A stretch of DNA of 64,000 nt from a virus, in the IMG/VR virus record IMGVR_UViG_3300023178_000030, positions 1-64,000 of that record; one strand, given 5' to 3'. Below the pieces are notes generated by a model. That model was given only the letters and a program-made list of their open reading frames with translations. It was not told the DNA's origin and ran no database searches. Positions 29,331 through 39,121 of this stretch are shown piece after piece. Made by a program: the position numbers and the translations under genes. Position 1 is the stretch's first letter; the number at the start of each line of letters is the position of its first letter.

Positions 29331-30356
29331 GTGTTTATGAATTTTGTAGACATAAAATACATTTCTTTACTTTCCCCTAGACTAGAAAAATTTCAGAAGA
29401 AAGATAACTTTCTCTGGAACTTTAGGTGTCCTTATTGTGGTGATTCAAAGAAAAATAGAAATAAAGCTAGAGGTTTTGTTTATAGAACAAAAGCAGATTT
29501 GTTTTATAAATGTCATAACTGTTCTGTAGGTGCATCATTCTCTAATCTATTAAAGTATGTAGATACAAACTTACATAAAGAGTACATATTAGAGAAATAT
29601 AAAGAGGGCCAGACATCAAAAGGTAGAGGTAGTAAGAGTAATGTTACAGTACCTAATCCTAAATTTGATTTCAAACCACCTGTTTTCAAAACAAGACTAG
29701 GTAATCTAAAAACATTTGCAGAATTAGACAAGAAACACCCAGCTGTACAATATTTGTTTAAGAGAAAACTTCCTAGAGATTCTTGGAATGATATATATTA
29801 CTGTTCTAAATTTTTTGAGTTTTCCAACACGATAGTTGAGAACAAATTCCCTACTTTGAAAGGTGACCACCCAAGAATACTGATACCATTCAGAAATAAG
29901 AATGGTCAGATATTTGGTTATCAAGGTAGGTGTTTTGGGAAAGAAACTCAAAAATATATTACGATTATTTTCAATAATTCGTATCAAAAACTGTTTGGTG
30001 TCGATAGATTAAATACTAGTAAAACAATTTACATAGTAGAAGGCCCCTTTGACAGTCTATTCATAGATAACTGTATCGCAGTTGCACAAAGCGATTTACA
30101 AGTTACTAAATACAAAAACAAGTCTGTGTTAATTCCAGACAACGAACCTAGAAATAGAGAAATCTGTAAACAGATTGAAAAATATATTTCTAATAAGTAT
30201 AGTGTCGTTATATGGCCTAGAGATGTAAAAGAAAAAGATATAAATGATATGATTCTTTCAGGTATGACAAAAGAAGAATTACAACTTATAATACAACAAA
30301 ATACATATTCTGGTTTAACTGCACTTACAGAATTCAATAAGTGGAAAAAAGTTTAG
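29331..30356 (+). CDS. gp61: DNA primase gp61
   Basis: FRCPYCGDS...CHNC zinc finger; TOPRIM EGPFD, DNEPRN, KDIND; promoter TTGACA 29301/TATAAT 29324. Confidence 0.96.
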   Translation: MFMNFVDIKYISLLSPRLEKFQKKDNFLWNFRCPYCGDSKKNRNKARGFVYRTKADLFYKCHNCSVGASFSNLLKYVDTNLHKEYILEKYKEGQTSKGRGSKSNVTVPNPKFDFKPPVFKTRLGNLKTFAELDKKHPAVQYLFKRKLPRDSWNDIYYCSKFFEFSNTIVENKFPTLKGDHPRILIPFRNKNGQIFGYQGRCFGKETQKYITIIFNNSYQKLFGVDRLNTSKTIYIVEGPFDSLFIDNCIAVAQSDLQVTKYKNKSVLIPDNEPRNREICKQIEKYISNKYSVVIWPRDVKEKDINDMILSGMTKEELQLIIQQNTYSGLTALTEFNKWKKV

Positions 30357-30365
30357 GAGAGAAGA

Positions 30366-32177
30366 ATGAGTGGTTTGGCACCTGTAATTAAATTACCAAC
30401 TGAAGATAAAAATAACTATCTTGGTATAACAATAGATAAAAGCAAAGATAGTATGTTATCAGAACAAGCATTTAAATTATTAAAAGATTACTATTGTGTT
30501 GACGGTGAAACATCTCCACAAGAATCATTTGCAAGAGCTGCTGTTGCATATTCATATAAAGACATGGCACTTGCACAAAGAATTTATGATGCAGCTGCAA
30601 ATGGTTGGTTTATGTTTGCATCACCAGTTTTATCAAATGCACCATTACCAAATCACAAAACAAAAGCATTACCTATTTCTTGTTTTTTAACTTATGTACC
30701 AGATTCATTAGAAGGTTTGATTGACCATAGTGCAGAGTTAAGATGGTTATCAGTAAAAGGTGGTGGTGTTGGTGGTCATTGGTCTGATGTCCGTGCAATA
30801 TCTGACAAAGCACCAGGCCCTATGCCTTTTCTACATACAGTAGATGCAGATATGACTGCATATCGTCAAGGTAAAACTCGTAAAGGTTCATATGCATCTT
30901 ATATGAATGTATCACACCCTGACATAATTGAATTCTTAAATATGAGAATACCTACTGGTGATGTTAATAGAAAGAATTTAAATTTACATCACGCAATTAA
31001 TATTACAGATGATTTCATGTTAGCAGTTGAAAGAAATGAAACATGGGATTTAAAAGACCCAAATGATAATACTGTTAGAGATAGTATGCCTGCAAGAAAA
31101 CTATGGCAACAAATATTAGAAACAAGATATAGAACAGGTGAACCATACTTAAACTTTATTGATACAGCTAATCGTGCAATGCCACAAAGTATGAAAGATA
31201 AAGGTTTAAAAATTCATGGTTCAAACTTATGTAATGAAATACATTTACCAACATCAAGTGATAGAACAGCAGTTTGTTGTTTATCATCACTTAATTTAGA
31301 AAAGTTTGATGAGTGGAAGAATACAACACTTGTAAGAGATTTAATTAGATTTTTAGATAATGTATTACAATTCTTTATTGATAATGCAGGTGATGAAATT
31401 AGTCGTGCAAGATATTCTGCAAAACAAGAAAGAAGTTTAGGTCTTGGTGCAATGGGTTATCATGCATTACTACAACAAAAGAGAATACCATTTGAATCTC
31501 AAGAAGCAAGAGATTTAAACAATGAAGTATTTGCATACATTAAAGACGAGGCAGTAAAAGAAAGTAACACTATGGGTTATGAAAGAGGTGAAGCACCAGA
31601 CATGGATGGTACTGGTAGAAGAAATGCACACTTACTTGCAATAGCTCCTAATGCAAATAGTTCAATTATTGTTGCAACATCACCATCAATTGAACCTAAT
31701 AAAGCAAACGCATATACACATAGAACAAGAGCTGGTTCACATTTAGTAAAGAATAGATATCTTGAAGAAGAATTAGAAAAAGTAAATAAGAACAATTCTG
31801 AAGTATGGAGTAGTATTATTACAAATGGTGGTTCAGTTCAACATTTAGATTTTCTATCTGAAGAAGTTAAAGATGTTTTCAAAACAGCAATTGAGTTAGA
31901 TCAATTAGAAATTGTAAAACAAGGTGCAGATAGACAAAAGTTTTTATGTCAAGGACAATCACTAAATTTATTCTTTCCTGCAAATGCAGATAAAAAAGAT
32001 TTACATAAAGCACATTTTAATGCGTGGAAAGAAGGTTGTAAAGGTTTATATTATTTGAGAACAGAAACATCAAACCGTGCAGAAAATGTTTCGCAGAAAG
32101 TTGTAAGAGATGCACTAAAAGATTACGAATCACAGGCACTCGAAACTCAAGACGAGTGTGTATCATGTCAAGGATAA
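30366..32177 (+). CDS. nrdA: Class I ribonucleotide reductase alpha subunit (no ATP cone)
   Basis: ISCF, SNLCNEI, AIAPNA, LYYLR, C-terminal CVSC. Confidence 0.96.
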   Translation: MSGLAPVIKLPTEDKNNYLGITIDKSKDSMLSEQAFKLLKDYYCVDGETSPQESFARAAVAYSYKDMALAQRIYDAAANGWFMFASPVLSNAPLPNHKTKALPISCFLTYVPDSLEGLIDHSAELRWLSVKGGGVGGHWSDVRAISDKAPGPMPFLHTVDADMTAYRQGKTRKGSYASYMNVSHPDIIEFLNMRIPTGDVNRKNLNLHHAINITDDFMLAVERNETWDLKDPNDNTVRDSMPARKLWQQILETRYRTGEPYLNFIDTANRAMPQSMKDKGLKIHGSNLCNEIHLPTSSDRTAVCCLSSLNLEKFDEWKNTTLVRDLIRFLDNVLQFFIDNAGDEISRARYSAKQERSLGLGAMGYHALLQQKRIPFESQEARDLNNEVFAYIKDEAVKESNTMGYERGEAPDMDGTGRRNAHLLAIAPNANSSIIVATSPSIEPNKANAYTHRTRAGSHLVKNRYLEEELEKVNKNNSEVWSSIITNGGSVQHLDFLSEEVKDVFKTAIELDQLEIVKQGADRQKFLCQGQSLNLFFPANADKKDLHKAHFNAWKEGCKGLYYLRTETSNRAENVSQKVVRDALKDYESQALETQDECVSCQG

Positions 32178-32182
32178 AATAT

Positions 32183-32860
32183 ATGACGGCATGGCCGACA
32201 ATTTGTGTAGATAATTTTTATGACGACCCTGATAAGGTGAGAGAATTTGCTCTTGGTTTAGACTACGCACCAGCAGAAGATGGAAGATGGCCTGGAAAAA
32301 GATCTAAAGAAATTATAGAAATTGATGAAGAATTTAGTTTAAAATTTGGTCGTAAATTAATGTCACATTATTTTGATCTGGAGGTAACTGAAGTAAGATG
32401 GAAGATTAGTTCACAGTTTCAATTAATAGAACCGTATGACAACGATATTAATTCACCTAAAAATATAGGTTGGATACATTATGATAATGCAGTTATAGGA
32501 GGCTTAATTTATCTTAACAAAGAACCAAATCCAAACAGCGGAACTTCACTTTATGCTGTTATAGAGTCTGCAAAATATAATAATGATCAAATTGCTAAAG
32601 AAAAATTTTATTTAGAAGGCAATGATAAAGACTACGAAAAATTGCTAAATAAACATAATGAAAATTTTATTGAAACTGTAAAATTTTCAAATCAATACAA
32701 CAGACTGATAAGTTTTGATTCTACTTTGCCGCATGGTGCTAACAATTTTACAATTAGCAACGAGCCAAGGTTAACACAGGTATTTTTTGTGCATGATATT
32801 AAATCTACTAGACCCAAAACATCAGATATTTATAGCAAAATTTATAGCAAAACAGTATAA
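32183..32860 (+). CDS. 2OG-Fe(II) oxygenase-like protein
   Basis: VDNFY..PD.VR, WPGKR, HYD, YNRL, H...RLTQVFF. Confidence 0.7.
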   Translation: MTAWPTICVDNFYDDPDKVREFALGLDYAPAEDGRWPGKRSKEIIEIDEEFSLKFGRKLMSHYFDLEVTEVRWKISSQFQLIEPYDNDINSPKNIGWIHYDNAVIGGLIYLNKEPNPNSGTSLYAVIESAKYNNDQIAKEKFYLEGNDKDYEKLLNKHNENFIETVKFSNQYNRLISFDSTLPHGANNFTISNEPRLTQVFFVHDIKSTRPKTSDIYSKIYSKTV

Positions 32861-32870
32861 AGGATAAAAT

Positions 32871-34115
32871 ATGAAAATAAGAATAGTATCAAAAACAGGT
32901 TGCCCATTTTGTGTAAAAGCTAAAGAATGGTTTGATGAACATGGTTTCATCTATACAGAAGATTTAATGGATAATGAAAATGAAAGACTTGCATTTTATC
33001 AGTCTATGAATAACATACAAGAAACTGTAGGTGAAAGTGTAGAAATTCGTAGAATTAATTCAGTTCCACAAATCTTTATTGATGATAATCATGTTGGTGG
33101 GTATGATGATTTGATGAAAATTTCTGATGACTTATTAAAGAAAAGAAGTGGTGGTTTATTAAAGTTTAGTAAAACATATAAACCATTTCATTATCCTTGG
33201 GCTGTTGAATTAACAACAAGACATGAAAAAGCACATTGGATTGAAGATGAATTAGATTTAGGTGAAGATGTTGCAGATTGGAAGTCTGGTAAAATGAATG
33301 ATATTGAAAAAGAATATGTAACAAACATATTAAGATTATTCACACAATCAGATGTTGCAGTTGGTCAAAACTATTATGACCAGTTCATTCCTAAATTTAA
33401 AAATAATGAAGTTCGTAATATGTTAGGTTCATTTGCATCAAGAGAAGGTGTTCATCAGAGAGCATATGCACTACTTAATGAAACACTTGGATTATCAGAC
33501 GAAGAATATCATGCGTTTTTAGAATATAAAGAAATGACTGATAAACTTGAGTTTATGGTTGATTCAGATATATCTTCAGTAAAAGGTCTTGCATTATCAC
33601 TTGCAAAATCTGTATTCAATGAAGGTGTAGCTTTATTTGCATCATTTGTAATGTTACTAAACTTTCAAAGACATGGTAAAATGAAAGGTATGGGTAAAGT
33701 TGTAGAATGGTCAATCAGAGATGAATCAATGCATGTTGAAGGTAATTCTAAATTGTTCAGAAGTTATTGTGCAGAACATCCAAAGATTGTAAATGATGAC
33801 ATGAAACTACAAATTTATGAGATGGCTCGTGTTGCTGTAAAACTAGAAGATAAGTTTGTTGACTTAGCGTATAAGTTAGGGGATATACAAGGTTTAAATT
33901 CTTCAGATGTTAAAAAATATATCAGATATATAACAGATAGAAGGTTATTACAACTTGGTCTAAAAACTAATTTTAAAGTCAAAGAGAATCCATTACCGTG
34001 GTTAGAGTGGGTTTTAAATGGTGCAGACCATACAAACTTTTTTGAAAATCGTGTAACAGAATATGAAGTTGCAGGACTTAAAGGAGATTGGGAAGAAGCG
34101 TATGAGGCAGCTTAA
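32871..34115 (+). CDS. nrdB: Glutaredoxin-ribonucleotide reductase beta subunit fusion
   Basis: N-terminal CPFC...SVPQIF...GGYDD; NrdB motifs EGVH, DESMH, NFFE. Confidence 0.95.
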   Translation: MKIRIVSKTGCPFCVKAKEWFDEHGFIYTEDLMDNENERLAFYQSMNNIQETVGESVEIRRINSVPQIFIDDNHVGGYDDLMKISDDLLKKRSGGLLKFSKTYKPFHYPWAVELTTRHEKAHWIEDELDLGEDVADWKSGKMNDIEKEYVTNILRLFTQSDVAVGQNYYDQFIPKFKNNEVRNMLGSFASREGVHQRAYALLNETLGLSDEEYHAFLEYKEMTDKLEFMVDSDISSVKGLALSLAKSVFNEGVALFASFVMLLNFQRHGKMKGMGKVVEWSIRDESMHVEGNSKLFRSYCAEHPKIVNDDMKLQIYEMARVAVKLEDKFVDLAYKLGDIQGLNSSDVKKYIRYITDRRLLQLGLKTNFKVKENPLPWLEWVLNGADHTNFFENRVTEYEVAGLKGDWEEAYEAA

Positions 34116-34264
34116 TGAAAATAGTAGTATGCGAAGAATGTTCTGCTGAATATCAAGTAAAACATGATTTAGAAGAAACACTATATATTATAAAATATTG
34201 TACATTCTGTGGTAATCCCATAGACTTACAAGATGATAATGCTATAGAAGAATGGGAAGATTGA
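34115..34264 (+). CDS. Small zinc-ribbon protein (49 aa; not in ORF track)
   Basis: CEEC...YCTFCG; TAATG coupling. Confidence 0.7.
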   Translation: MKIVVCEECSAEYQVKHDLEETLYIIKYCTFCGNPIDLQDDNAIEEWED

Positions 34265-34265
34265 T

Positions 34266-34619
34266 TTGAAAACGCAAAGTGCAAAATCAAAAGGTCGTAG
34301 ACTACAACAATGGATTCGAGATAAATTAGTAGAACAATTAGGTGTTCACCCTGAAGATGTAGAAAGTCGTTCAATGGGTGCATCTGGTGAAGATTTAATC
34401 ATGGCTCGTGCGGCTAGAGAAAAGTTCCCATATTCTATTGAATGTAAAAATGTAGAAAAGCTTAATGTATGGGAAGCATACAATCAAGCAATAGACAATA
34501 GTAACAATTATGAACCAATAGTTGTTATGAAAAAGAATGGTAAGAAACCATTAATCGTAGTTGATGCAGAATATTTTGTAAAACTACATCAAAAAGACAC
34601 TTATTCAAATAAAGAATAA
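34266..34619 (+). CDS. PD-(D/E)xK nuclease / Holliday-junction-resolvase-like
   Basis: SAKSKGRRLQ, GED, SIECKN. Confidence 0.7.
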   Translation: MKTQSAKSKGRRLQQWIRDKLVEQLGVHPEDVESRSMGASGEDLIMARAAREKFPYSIECKNVEKLNVWEAYNQAIDNSNNYEPIVVMKKNGKKPLIVVDAEYFVKLHQKDTYSNKE

Positions 34620-34693
34620 ATACTAGTATTATTCACATATAAATTCTTTTTCTAAATATAAGTATAAATCAACTTATTCAGAAAGGAGAATCA

Positions 34694-34768
34694 ATGTCAC
34701 AACTTATTCAATTTACAATATCACCCTTAACAATCGCATTTCTAATTTTTGTAATCACAATTCTTTAA
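34694..34768 (+). CDS. 24-aa hydrophobic peptide
   Basis: SD AAGGAG then MSQLIQFTISPLTIAFLIFVITIL*. Confidence 0.5.
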   Translation: MSQLIQFTISPLTIAFLIFVITIL

Positions 34769-34779
34769 GGGGACACTCA

Positions 34780-34878
34780 ATGTTAAAAACACTCAAAAAA
34801 ATCTATATGTTCCTACTAATCAGTAGAAAAAATCAAATCGAATCAAGAATCAAGCTATATGGGGGTAGAATCATATGA
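34780..34878 (+). CDS. 32-aa basic peptide
   Basis: SD-like AAGGGG then MLKTLKKIYMFLLISRKNQIESRIKLYGGRII*. Confidence 0.45.
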   Translation: MLKTLKKIYMFLLISRKNQIESRIKLYGGRII

Positions 34879-35048
34879 TACCTTTTAAAATCTCAACAAA
34901 AGGTATATACCCAATCGTATATGACTTGTACAAAAGATGGACAAGAACACCAACAGAAAACTATGTTGAAGATTACCTTGCAAAGTCAGTAGATAGAAAA
35001 GACTATGCTTGTAGAGTAAAATATCTCAAAAGTAAAAGTTTATTTTAA
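34875..35048 (+). CDS. 57-aa DUF3563-like protein
   Basis: EDYLAKSVDRKDYACRVKYL; ATGA coupling. Confidence 0.55.
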   Translation: MIPFKISTKGIYPIVYDLYKRWTRTPTENYVEDYLAKSVDRKDYACRVKYLKSKSLF

Positions 35049-35131
35049 TATAAGTAGTTGATGTAGCACAAACTTGACAAAACATATATCATTGTTGTAT
35101 AATGATGTCATTACTGTAAAGAGAGTTTACT

Positions 35132-35359
35132 ATGTCAACATTACAAACTGTGACACCTGAAGGTCAGAAATTTCTTGACGAATGTTATAGATTTTTAGGC
35201 CCAGAGGGTAAATTCAACATTAATGCAACTAAAGAAGAAATCTTTGATGCAACAAACCAACGAATGAAAGATGTTACATATGTTCCATTCATTGGTGATG
35301 CAGTCGATAGATTTATCGTCAGAGATATTATAAGTAAATCAAGAAGAATCAAAACTTGA
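35132..35359 (+). CDS. Hypothetical early protein
   Basis: Follows promoter TTGACA 35074/TATAAT 35098; F.GD..DR motif shared with the ORF at 55789. Confidence 0.65.
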   Translation: MSTLQTVTPEGQKFLDECYRFLGPEGKFNINATKEEIFDATNQRMKDVTYVPFIGDAVDRFIVRDIISKSRRIKT

Positions 35360-35404
35360 CATATTTAATATGTTTTGTTATACTTTAATTTTTGAAAGAG
35401 GAAT

Positions 35405-35668
35405 ATGAAAGAAAACAAATACAGACACAATCCATCTAAACCTAAAGGTATCATACGAGGTATTCGTGTAGATGTTAAAGGTGATGATGTAACTGGTGCA
35501 TTAAGAGTTTTAAAGAAACGAGTTGCAAAAGGTGGTATCTTACAAGATATCAGAGATAAAAGTTTTTTTGAATCTAAAGGAACAAAACGCAGAAAGATGG
35601 AAGCTGCTGGTGCTAGAAGATTTCAAAGAAAAATGGAAAAACTAAAGTCTTTAGGTTATGGCAGGTAA
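35405..35668 (+). CDS. rpsU: Ribosomal protein bS21
   Basis: V.V.GDDV..ALRVLKKRVAK.GIL.DIR...FFE....KRR; own promoter TTGACA 35356/TATACT 35379. Confidence 0.8.
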   Translation: MKENKYRHNPSKPKGIIRGIRVDVKGDDVTGALRVLKKRVAKGGILQDIRDKSFFESKGTKRRKMEAAGARRFQRKMEKLKSLGYGR

Positions 35669-36131
35669 AAGAAAAATGTCTCCTGAACAAAGGGAGGCCG
35701 CAATTGAGAGATTGAGAATTGCAAGAGAAAAGCGATTAAAAGAAAATCCACCAGAATATAAATCTATTCATCCATCTGTTCTTGCAAGAGATGAAGATGA
35801 CCCATTTTCATTTAAGAATGTAAAAGAATATATTAAAGTTCAGAAAGAAGCTTTGCGTTCAGAAAAGAGTTCTTTAATGAGAGATAGAAACTTACAAAGA
35901 ATATCTGATATAGAAGGTTACATTAGAATGTTAAACAGTTATCTATCTGATGGTATATGGGTAAGTAATTATGTCGGCCCTGAAGAAAATAGAAAAGTTA
36001 TTTGGAAGTGTATTGCACCTGCATACAATGATGATGGTAGTATAAAAAGAGTTGTAAATGTATACTATGAAGATATTGATGCAGTATGGACAAAAGAAAT
36101 GGATTACGATTATTACTCTAATAATTCTTGA
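35658..36131 (+). CDS. Conserved hypothetical protein
   Basis: MSPEQREAAIERLRIAREKR; coupled ORF. Confidence 0.65.
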   Translation: MAGKRKMSPEQREAAIERLRIAREKRLKENPPEYKSIHPSVLARDEDDPFSFKNVKEYIKVQKEALRSEKSSLMRDRNLQRISDIEGYIRMLNSYLSDGIWVSNYVGPEENRKVIWKCIAPAYNDDGSIKRVVNVYYEDIDAVWTKEMDYDYYSNNS

Positions 36132-36165
36132 CGCATATATATAATTGAAGTGATTGGAATATAAA

Positions 36166-37026
36166 ATGATATTAGTTGATACAAACCAAGTGATGATATC
36201 TAATTTGATGATGCAAATTAGTGCATCTAAAAATAATGATATTGAAGAAGATTTAGTTCGACATATGACACTTAATTCTATAAGGACATATCGTTCTAAA
36301 TTTAATGAAAGATTTGGTGAAATTGTATTATGTTATGATAATAGAAAAGTATGGCGTAGAGAAGTATTTCCTAATTATAAATTCAATCGTAAGAAAGATA
36401 GAGAAAAGTCTGAACACGATTGGAATTTAATTTTTGAAACATTTACGAATATTCGTAGTGAATTGAAAGAAGTATTTCCTTACAAAGTTATTGAAGTCGA
36501 AGGTGCAGAAGCCGATGACATCATTGCAACAGTTGTTAGTGATGTCAATAAAAGAGGTGGTCTGGAACAAGTTTTGATATTATCAAGTGACAAAGATTTC
36601 ATTCAACTACAAAAACACTCATTTGTAAAACAATACAGTCCAATGGCAAAGAAATTTGTTAATGGTATGAATCCTTTAACTTATATAAAAGAACATATAA
36701 TTAAGGGAGATAGAAGTGATGGTATACCTAACTTTTTATCACCAGACAATTGTTTTGTAGATGGTTTAAGACAGAAACCTATTACAAAGAAAAAACTGAG
36801 CACTTGGGTTGAATTAGAACCAGATGAGTTTTGTAGTAATGAAACTATTTTGAGAAACTATCAAAGAAATAGAACACTAATTGATTTTGACTATATACCA
36901 GAAGAAATACAAACAAAGATTATGAAAGAATTTGATAAGAAGCCTGTTGGTGATAGAAGTAAAATATTGAATTATTTCATATCTAAAAAATTAAAAAATT
37001 TAATTCAAGATATTGGAGACTTTTAA
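36166..37026 (+). CDS. rnh: T4-type RNase H (5'-3' exonuclease)
   Basis: MILVD, WRR..FP.YK..R, EADD, SSDKDF.QL, GD.SDGIPN. Confidence 0.93.
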   Translation: MILVDTNQVMISNLMMQISASKNNDIEEDLVRHMTLNSIRTYRSKFNERFGEIVLCYDNRKVWRREVFPNYKFNRKKDREKSEHDWNLIFETFTNIRSELKEVFPYKVIEVEGAEADDIIATVVSDVNKRGGLEQVLILSSDKDFIQLQKHSFVKQYSPMAKKFVNGMNPLTYIKEHIIKGDRSDGIPNFLSPDNCFVDGLRQKPITKKKLSTWVELEPDEFCSNETILRNYQRNRTLIDFDYIPEEIQTKIMKEFDKKPVGDRSKILNYFISKKLKNLIQDIGDF

Positions 37027-37027
37027 G

Positions 37028-37489
37028 ATGGCAGTACAAAACTACACACCCTTAATTTCTGAAGTATTAACGAAAGTTAATAATGCAAAAGTTAAAGACA
37101 AAAAAATTAAAGTGTTACAAGAACACGATTCACAAGCGTTAAGAATGATTATCAAATCATCTTTCGATCCAAAGATAGAATGGATAGTTCCTAAAGGTGA
37201 AGTTCCTTACATTAAGAACGAAGCACCTGAAGGAACTGAACATACTCTATTATCAAAAGAAGCTAAAAAGTTATATCGTTTCATTAAAGGTGGTGACGAT
37301 AAAACACCTATCTTCAAAAGAGAACAAATGTTTATTCAAATGTTAGAAGGTCTACATGATTCTGAAGCACAAGTTGTAATCAATGCAAAAGATAAAAGAT
37401 TACATCAAGTTTATAAAGGTTTATCAGAGAATGTAGTCAAAGAAGCGTTTGGTTGGAACGATAACTATATGCAAGAGGTGAAAAAATGA
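37028..37489 (+). CDS. Conserved T4-like hypothetical protein
   Basis: P.GEVPY, KREQMFIQMLEGLH; follows rnh. Confidence 0.75.
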   Translation: MAVQNYTPLISEVLTKVNNAKVKDKKIKVLQEHDSQALRMIIKSSFDPKIEWIVPKGEVPYIKNEAPEGTEHTLLSKEAKKLYRFIKGGDDKTPIFKREQMFIQMLEGLHDSEAQVVINAKDKRLHQVYKGLSENVVKEAFGWNDNYMQEVKK

Positions 37490-38070
37490 TAGGAAAAACT
37501 ATACCTGGCGTATTTTTGTATATGAGAGTAAGAGATGAATCTATTGGTGGAGATAATCCATACAAATGGGAACATAGATTTACTCACAATATTTTCAAAG
37601 ATAAACGAGTTGTATTGTTTAGTTTGCCTGGTGCATTTACACCAACTTGTTCAACATTTCAATTACCAAACTTTGAAAAGTTATATGACTTTTATATGAA
37701 AGAAGGTATTGACGAAATTTATTGTATGTCAGTAAATGATGCATTTGTTATGAACGCATGGGCAAAAGCTCAAGAAATCAAAAATGTAAAAGTATTACCT
37801 GATGGTAATGGACAATTTACTAGATTAATGGGTATGTTAGTTGATAAACATAATCTAGGTTTTGGTATGAGGTCTTGGAGATATGCGTGTGTGATTGATA
37901 ATAATAAAATAAAATTATGGTTTGAAGAGCCTGGTTTCAAAGATATTGCAGAAGATGATCCATATGGTGAAACAGACCCTGAACATATTCTAAAATCAAT
38001 CATGGAAGAAAATGAAAAAGAATATCCTCACATAAGTGAATTCACAACAGAAGGAGAAAAGTATACATGA
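37486..38070 (+). CDS. Peroxiredoxin (Prx5 type)
   Basis: LPGAFTPTCS, SVNDAFVM.AW, GFGMRSWRY. Confidence 0.93.
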   Translation: MIGKTIPGVFLYMRVRDESIGGDNPYKWEHRFTHNIFKDKRVVLFSLPGAFTPTCSTFQLPNFEKLYDFYMKEGIDEIYCMSVNDAFVMNAWAKAQEIKNVKVLPDGNGQFTRLMGMLVDKHNLGFGMRSWRYACVIDNNKIKLWFEEPGFKDIAEDDPYGETDPEHILKSIMEENEKEYPHISEFTTEGEKYT

Positions 38071-38528
38071 AGTTAAGTAAAAATTTCTCATTACATGAGA
38101 TGACAAAGTCAGAAACAGCGTTAAGAAAAGGACTTGACAATACGCCTGGTGAAACTGAAGAAAATAATTTAAAAGCATTATGCGAAAATGTTTTACAAAA
38201 AGTCAGAGATGAGTTTGGCCCTACAAAAGTTAATTCTGGTTTTAGACACCCAGATGTAAATTCAGCTGTTGGTGGTTCAAAGACATCAGATCATTGCAAA
38301 GGTATGGCCGCAGATATAGAAGTACCTGGCGTTGCAAATGGTGATCTAGCTCAATGGATTGTTGACAACTGTGAATTCAGACAAGTAATCCTAGAGTTCT
38401 ATACACCAGGCATACCAGATTCAGGTTGGGTTCATGTATCATACAATCCTGATGACAATAAGAAACAAATCTTAACTGCAATGCGTGAAAACGGTAGAAC
38501 AGTTTACAAGGTAGGTTTAATCAAATAA
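38067..38528 (+). CDS. Peptidase M15A endolysin-like protein
   Basis: SGFR..VN..VGG..SDH..G.AAD; WVHVS. Confidence 0.88.
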   Translation: MKLSKNFSLHEMTKSETALRKGLDNTPGETEENNLKALCENVLQKVRDEFGPTKVNSGFRHPDVNSAVGGSKTSDHCKGMAADIEVPGVANGDLAQWIVDNCEFRQVILEFYTPGIPDSGWVHVSYNPDDNKKQILTAMRENGRTVYKVGLIK

Positions 38529-38534
38529 CACTAT

Positions 38535-38587
38535 AAGGGTCAGTCTTTCTTTTCTCTCTCAACTCTCTCTATATGAGATTGACCCTT
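38535..38587 (+). other. Stem-loop with a pyrimidine-rich (CTCTCT) loop
   Basis: AAGGGTCAGTCT pairs with AGATTGACCCTT; loop TTCTTTTCTCTCTCAACTCTCTCTATATG. Confidence 0.55.
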
Positions 38588-38609
38588 CCTTTACTCTTTA
38601 GGTGATAAT

Positions 38610-39020
38610 ATGAATTATATTAACATTACTGGTGGTAAAAAATATCAAAGAGATATTGCACTAAAAGTAATTCGTTATATGATTTATGTATTGCTTCCAA
38701 AAATAAAAGTCATTGATATTGAAGTTGTTTTCAAAACAATTAAAGAATCTTATGGTTATGCAACACAATTAGACAATAGAGAATTTGAAATCGAGTTAGA
38801 TAAAAATGTTTCTATTGTAGAATTAGTTGAAACATTATGTCATGAGATGGTTCACATTCGACAATATGTTAGAAAAAAACTAAATGATTCAGGTACTAAA
38901 TGGGATAATCAACAAATAAATTCAGAAGAAATAGACTATCATGACTTGCCGTGGGAGAAAGAAGCCTATAATTTAGAAGAAAAACTCACACAAATGGTAT
39001 GGGATAACTATGTTATTTGA
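38610..39020 (+). CDS. Zincin-like metallopeptidase
   Basis: TLCHEMVHIRQ...PWEKEAY. Confidence 0.75.
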   Translation: MNYINITGGKKYQRDIALKVIRYMIYVLLPKIKVIDIEVVFKTIKESYGYATQLDNREFEIELDKNVSIVELVETLCHEMVHIRQYVRKKLNDSGTKWDNQQINSEEIDYHDLPWEKEAYNLEEKLTQMVWDNYVI

Positions 39021-39090
39021 TAAGTCCTTGATTTTAAACAAATCTTTTTTGGTATTTTGTATTGACAACAAGTCAATTTTCTGTCATAAT
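39021..39090 (+). promoter_or_regulatory. IHF-consensus site plus sigma70-type promoter
   Basis: TAAGTCCTTGATT at 39021; TTGACA 39062, 17 nt spacer, CATAAT; about 50 nt nearly identical to 8025-8075. Confidence 0.8.
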
Positions 39091-39121
39091 ATTCATATAT
39101 TAATAAGAAAGAGAGAATATT

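Noticed and set aside
35051-35063. Additional IHF-like site TAAGTAGTTGATG
   Set aside because: It has one mismatch to consensus and lies 23 nt rather than 41 nt from TTGACA, so it is not counted in the fixed-spacing class.
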